The translations under genes and the position numbers were made by a program. From NCBI RefSeq assembly GCF_963921235.1, contig NC_086108.1, forward strand, positions 56,608,001 through 56,672,000: a stretch of 64,000 nucleotides of DNA, given 5' to 3'. The notes under the pieces were generated by a model, which searched no databases, was not told the origin of the DNA, and saw only the letters and a list, made by a program, of their open reading frames with translations. Position 1 is the stretch's first letter, and the number at the start of each line of letters is the position of its first letter. Source of the stretch: Mobula hypostoma. Taxonomy: Eukaryota. Below are positions 61,863-64,000 of the stretch, one piece after another.

Positions 61863-62532
61863 GAAGCTGACTCAAGATATAAACAAGTCCAAAGAAGGCC
61901 TACAGATTCTAATGCCCTGATAAGGATGCACTGAATATGTGTGTCAGTGGTCTCAGCTGCTGCCTAACATCTGAAGTTATCCAGAAATTTCTGGGCTAGT
62001 GATGGCCAGTTCTGTGGCCAAGGGAGAAGAGGAGCTGTGGAGTCTAGCAATAGGTAAGGTGAGGGTTGGGTGAAGGGAAGAGGGAAAGAGACTTTGAAAA
62101 TCCATGAGCAGAAAAGCATCAAAACCTGGAGATGGGTGAGTGTACATTGAGGAAGAGGAATCAGTGGCATTACATGATAGATTGTCAAGAGGGGGGTGGT
62201 GTTGGGAGATTGAGAGTTTTGAAGTGATAGACTAAGGAATAGAATATCAAGTTAACATGGTGTTCAATTCTTGTACGTGATACACGGCAGCCTTCATCCT
62301 TCTAGATGGTAGAGGTTCTGAGCTTGGAAGGGTCTATCAAAGTAGTCTGGCTATAACTACAGTGCATGTTGTAGTCATTGTGGGCTAGTGGTGGAAGTAA
62401 TGTATGTTTAGGTTGGTGAATGAGATACCAATTAAGGGAAATGCTTTTTCCTAGATCACCATGGAGTTATGGAGAGAAGCAGCTTGGAAACTGGACTTTG
62501 ACCCACCAAATCAGTGCCAACCATTTCCAACC

Positions 62533-63009
62533 TGTCATGGTGCACTCACAGGGGACTGGACCCAGGAGCGGAAGAATAGCAGGATCCCCAGGAAGAGTCA
62601 GAAACAGGAGACCAAACATCGGAACCAGAGCCTCGAATGAGCGACCGAGCAACGCCACGAGGTAATTCATCTTCTCCAGCACAAACCTACTCTTCCCAGG
62701 AACTGCAGTCAACAGGCTCATGACTCGAACCAGGAACAGAGGAATGGATCCCCAGGAAGAGACGAAAACAAGAGGTTAGACATTAGAATACCAACAGAGT
62801 CTCAGAAAAGCGACTGAGGCTCTGTTCATTCTCTCCGACACAGTGACCCTGTTAGGCACTGGGAAAAATGTGCCAGCCACAATTAACGACAATATTAAAC
62901 CGAAAATCCAGGGGCTTAACAACTCCCTTTAAGATATTGGTTCGTAAATACAGGTGTTCAAAAACCCTATAAACTCAATGTTCTATGGCAAGCCACAGGG
63001 CTCATGACA
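62533..63009. mobile_element. Solo LTR, 477 bp
   Basis: Perfect 7-bp inverted termini TGTCATG / CATGACA. Identical 5-bp flanks CAACC at 62528-62532 and 63010-63014. Confidence 0.88.
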
Positions 63010-63099
63010 CAACCATTGATATCAATCCTATATTTTTCCTTTTTTATTTTCCTCACATTCTTATCAGTTACCTCCAGATTTTATGAGTCATTGCACACT

Positions 63100-63300
63100 T
63101 GAGGCCATTTAGAGCAGCCAGTTCACCTCGTAACTCTCATGTTTCAGGGATAAGGAAAGAAACTGGAACATCTGGAGGAAAACATGTGGTCAAAGGAGAA
63201 CAGGCAAACTCCATGCAGGCAATGCCCAAGGTTAAAATTGAACTCTGGTCTATGGCACTGTGATGCAGAGGCTCTACTAGGTACACCACTAGTCCACCCT
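63100..63300 (-). mobile_element. V-SINE-like fragment
   Basis: Minus strand TGCATGGAGTTTGCCTGTTCTCC..TTTTCCTCCAGATGTTCCAGTTTCTT resembles the V-domain core. Confidence 0.6.
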
Positions 63301-63354
63301 CTTGCGTCAAGGGCTGCAACAATCAGTCCGATCGTTCAGACAATAGATTTCATA

Positions 63355-64000
63355 AAGTTATAGAAGCATACAGCATGGGAACAGACTATTTGGTCCAATT
63401 TGTCCTTGCACGCTTCCATATTTACACACTGATCAGCACTTGTCCATATCCCTCTATGCATAAGCAACTCAAGTGCTCATCTTGAAACTTCTTAAATGCT
63501 GTCAATGACCCCGCTTCAGCCATTCTCTTAGGCAGAGCATTTCAAATGCCTACCACTCTCTGGATGAAGACTATCTCCCTCGTATACCCTTTAATCCTTC
63601 CCCCTACCCTATAGTTTTATTTACCTCTGATATCGGGAAATTCTTCCTGTTTTCTACCCTAACTGTGCCCCCCATAATCCCATATACCTCAATCCTGCTT
63701 CCTGTTAACCTCCTCCACTTCCGGCAGAATAGATCCAGCTCCTCCAGTCTCTGCTCACAACACCCTGCTCCTTTCACCAGCACTCTCACATCTTTCCTCT
63801 ACCTTGGTGGCCAGTGTAAGCAGTAGCTCAGCTGAAGTCTGAACAAGGTTTTATAACTTTGGAACACACTGATATTGCCAACCTTTGACAATCTTTGGAC
63901 CGTTTCTCCAAGGTCCCTCTGTTTCTCAGTACTCCTTAGGGCCCTATTATTCATCTTGTGTGCCTTAGCCTCACCAGTACTCCCAGAATGCGAATCTTCA
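63355..64000 (-). mobile_element. Old CR1 3' fragment running off the window
   Basis: LEELDLFCRKWRRLTGSRIEVYGIM; CR1 tail near 63355. Confidence 0.8.

Overview
Eukaryotic, repeat-dominated intergenic or intronic DNA. The transposon mix (many CR1 LINEs, Penelope-like, Rex1/Babar, RTE, Hero, chromoviral Gypsy) suggests a cartilaginous fish such as a ray; this is inferred from repeat content only. No intact protein-coding gene, tRNA, rRNA or CRISPR array can be supported, and almost all ORF-track entries are decayed transposon frames or antisense noise. The main feature is a two-LTR endogenous retrovirus at 51013-57084. It has a tRNA-Arg(ACG)-type primer site, a polypurine tract, a large gag-pol deletion, RNase H and integrase remnants, and an env gene. 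When reconstructed across frameshifts, the env TM subunit resembles the cysteine-clamped internal-fusion-loop type of filovirus GP2 and avian leukosis virus. Other features: Penelope termini with type I hammerhead ribozyme motifs (one inverted pair), three copies of a non-coding retroposon with a YY1-like head and a 3' stem-loop, a sushi-like chromovirus, a Hero-clade element, two solo LTRs with exact 5-bp target-site duplications (TSDs), and a mariner-type MITE. Boundaries of decayed LINE fragments are approximate to tens of bp. Family names come from motif recognition by eye, not database searches.
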